Shown: positions 1 to 64,000 of the stretch, piece after piece
Numbering within the stretch: the stretch's first letter is position 1
How the letters are laid out: every line of letters begins with the position of its first letter
Assembly: GCA_964276515.1 (NCBI GenBank)
Contig: OZ193909.1
Location: forward strand, 496,001-560,000
Length of the DNA: 64,000 nt
Reading direction: 5' to 3'
Origin: Gordius albopunctatus
Taxonomy: Eukaryota
Translations under genes and position numbers: made by a program
Notes under the pieces: generated by a model
Database searches by the model: none
What the model was told of the DNA's origin: nothing
Seen by the model: only the letters and a program-made list of their open reading frames with translations

Positions 1-606
1 GTTGCAAATTTAACAGCCTTATCTATATTATAATAAAATTGTAAACATATGCAATCTTGGTTATTTTCTTCCCAATTCAATTTTTTAATTTGATTAACAA
101 AATGCATGTATTGAATGCCCATTAGTTAAATAATGGTTAATTTTTTTAATGTCTAGTCTAAGTATTCCCTAAGGAATTGGTGTCTAGTCAAATAGTATTG
201 AGATGCTTAATATATGGGTGTATCTCATGTTAGTTTGTTGTAGAAGCTTGTATTTAAATCTATGTCTCATATCGATTTTGTTTAGAGTGACCAAATATAC
301 TAATAAATCACATTTACATTGCATGTGCTTATTAAAAGGACAAGATTATCATTATTGGAGATCATACTGCCATAAACTTATAATATTTATTCTCATTATA
401 TCAATGTATGAATTGAGAGAAAATTTTAGTGTTTAGGCATTGGCGACAGGTATCTTGGAACCTGAGGTCAGATATTAATATTAATTTTAGGGCAATTTAT
501 TTTGACGCATTTTAACTGGCGACGTCTGGTTACAATTTTATCAAACCAAAAAGGGTATAAATAGATAAAAATTCTAATATATAATTATATTTTAATTATA
601 TATAAC

Positions 607-1911
607 ATGAACATTCGAATTCTTAGAGCTATCGGCACTACGAATGTGATTTTGTCTCTATTGTTTTACGTCACTTATACTATACAATTTGTAAAAGATA
701 ATTCTAAATTCACTCTTTATCCTCAAAACATTCGAAATCAATCAGCTACCTATTACATGGTCAATTTTATGCAGAACCTTTATAGGAATTTATCTAGGGC
801 GGATAGTAAAAACATCTCGAATAACTCCTTTATGGAATTAAAAATAGATGGAGCAACGATTTCAACTATAAGGACTTTTTTGCCGAATGGTAATAAATTG
901 CGTTGTAAAATATCTAATCTATTATTTCTACATATTTTTTTATAAAGGGAATGGTGAAATGTGGTGGTACAATGTTTCAATTATTGGCCGAGGTGAAAGG
1001 ATTTTAGATGCATATTTAAGGATTAATTACGGATTAAAAAAATTATACCCTACTACAAAAGTATTTTTTAATTATTTATTTTTATTACTATTTCTAAGAT
1101 CAAAAACATTTCATTGACACCAAAAAACAAGACACGTTCGCCCAAACTATATAAAATAATTCATACCACAAAAAGATGGCTTACCATATCAATTAAAGAA
1201 TATCTTTTGTCATTAAAGCTTACAACCAAAATCATAGGTATAATATTAATTTAATGCAGAATAGCTAAATTTATAGATTATCGATTTCTAAACTGCATCA
1301 TGAAAGAGATAGGTAATAACTACGACATAAAAAGGGAAACACAATTTCTCATTGTTATCTCAAGTGATGTCGGTTATGGACTTCAACTCACGGAGCCTCA
1401 GGCAGGTAATAATGATATTGTGCTTTTAAATATCACTCTTTTAAATTTAGCTATTATACCTAAGGGGCATAGAATAAAGAGACAAATTTTCGAAAAGAAT
1501 GGGAATCCATTGTATGAGGACATGTGTCAAAAATACGATATGATCGTCGATTTCAAGACCTTAGGATTCTATCAAGAATGGATTATTGCCCCAACATCCT
1601 TCAATGCCTTTTATTGCGACGGCAGTTGTAGCCATAGAATGGTAGGGTTAGATCAAAAGCCGACGAATCACGCTACTTTACAAGGCCTAATTCACGATGT
1701 TTTTATCCATAATGGCAATTATGAATTCCAAATTCACACGTTAAATGGTAGCGATGAAGAGTCCCCACAAACAACGAGCAATGTTCCGCCGGTTCCATGT
1801 TGTGTCCCAGATCAATTGGAGTCTTTGACAGTATTGTATTACGATGAATGGAAGAATGTTGTACTTAAAAGATATCCCGACATGATTGCATCAAGCTGTG
1901 GATGCCATTGA
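607..1911 (+). CDS. TGF-beta superfamily ligand, BMP group, most similar to ADMP; spliced
   Basis: Manual model: exons 607-889, 948-1060, 1099-1237, 1277-1405, 1451-1911, with GT-AG introns of 38-58 nt and consistent frames. Hydrophobic N-terminus, prodomain-like motifs (YMVNFMQNLY, TIRTF, WYNVS..E.I..AYLR) and RIKR furin site. Mature domain has 7 Cys with WIIAP, PTNHATLQ, CCVPD and NVVLKRYPDMIASSCGCH. Start codon and subfamily are less certain than the family. Confidence 0.9.
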
Positions 1912-2010
1912 ACAGAAGCTCTTATAATCAATCTTATAATAATTGTTATCTTGTCTACAATCTCTATATTTTAAATGCACAAAATCGATAATTTTTATAT
2001 GAGAGCATAA

Positions 2011-2016
2011 AATAAA
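2011..2016 (+). promoter_or_regulatory. candidate polyadenylation signal of the BMP gene
   Basis: AATAAA 100 nt after the stop codon, followed by T-rich sequence. Confidence 0.45.
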
Positions 2017-2079
2017 TAATGTATAGTTTAATTTTTTTCCACAAAAAAATCACATAATCGGTAAAAGTTACTTTTAAAG

Positions 2080-2085
2080 TTTATT
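2080..2085 (-). promoter_or_regulatory. candidate polyadenylation signal of twitchin
   Basis: TTTATT on + (AATAAA on -) about 400 nt past the twitchin stop. Confidence 0.4.
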
Positions 2086-2457
2086 TAGCAGACATTAGAA
2101 GAAATGCGATTTACATAATTCACATAATTATATATATATACATAAGCATTGCAATTTAGAAATTACATAAGAGTAAAAGTGTTTCTAACGGTGTGATATA
2201 ATTCAACAGTCCGACGAATGAATGATTAAGCATAACTTTTTGAGAGTATGTAAATTATAAAGGGTTTAATAAAACCATGATTTTTGTTTTCGGCATCGTT
2301 GTTTTTTTGTTATCAATTATAGAAAGCGAGAGGGCATAAATATGAATTAAACAAATAGGTATCGAAAGTTAATTCAAAAAATGTATCGAATTTGCATTTT
2401 ATGTCGTAAGGTTGTGAGAAATAGACGAATGATACAAAACTCACGCGCTTTGTTGTC

Positions 2458-63883
<61,426 letters not shown>

Positions 63884-63884
63884 T

Positions 63885-63920
63885 TTAATTGTCAACTACC
63901 GGTCCGGGGAATATACTCAT
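63885..63920 (-). promoter_or_regulatory. candidate uORF (MSIFPGPVVDN*)
   Basis: ATG at 63920; its TAA ends 1 nt before the main ATG; lies downstream of a candidate acceptor at 63938-63939. Confidence 0.4.
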
Positions 63921-64000
63921 TTAAATTCTTCTCTTTTCTATATTAAAAATATTCGAATTAATAAAAAAAAACTTTATTTTTTAAATGGGAAATGTTATTT

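Noticed and set aside
203..436. 77-aa ORF upstream of the BMP gene
   Set aside because: No recognisable motif; AT-rich; could be chance or UTR

Overview
This is an AT-rich, intron-dense animal (invertebrate-like) genomic window holding two convergent genes. On the minus strand is an apparently complete twitchin/projectin (unc-22/bent family) gene of about 61 kb, from ATG 63883 to a stop at 2508 or 2458. By my manual count it encodes about 32 Ig and 34 FnIII domains, a P/T/S/A/K-rich PEVK-like region, an intact kinase with its regulatory tail and 5 C-terminal Ig domains. On the plus strand is a compact BMP-family ligand gene (607-1911) that looks most like ADMP and has an insertion in its mature domain. 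The twitchin introns carry several MITE families, nested insertions and microsatellites. All splice junctions I traced read as GT-AG with the standard code, and there are no prokaryotic, CRISPR or RNA-gene features. I cannot demonstrate a wholly new system. The best leads are: a catch-muscle-like signature (PEVK, RRPS, DFRxxL); skippable cassettes near Muscleblind-type YGCY motifs; a candidate internal first exon; two long complementary microsatellites bracketing 8 exons; an element found twice inside (TGAA)n; and strong MITE orientation bias.
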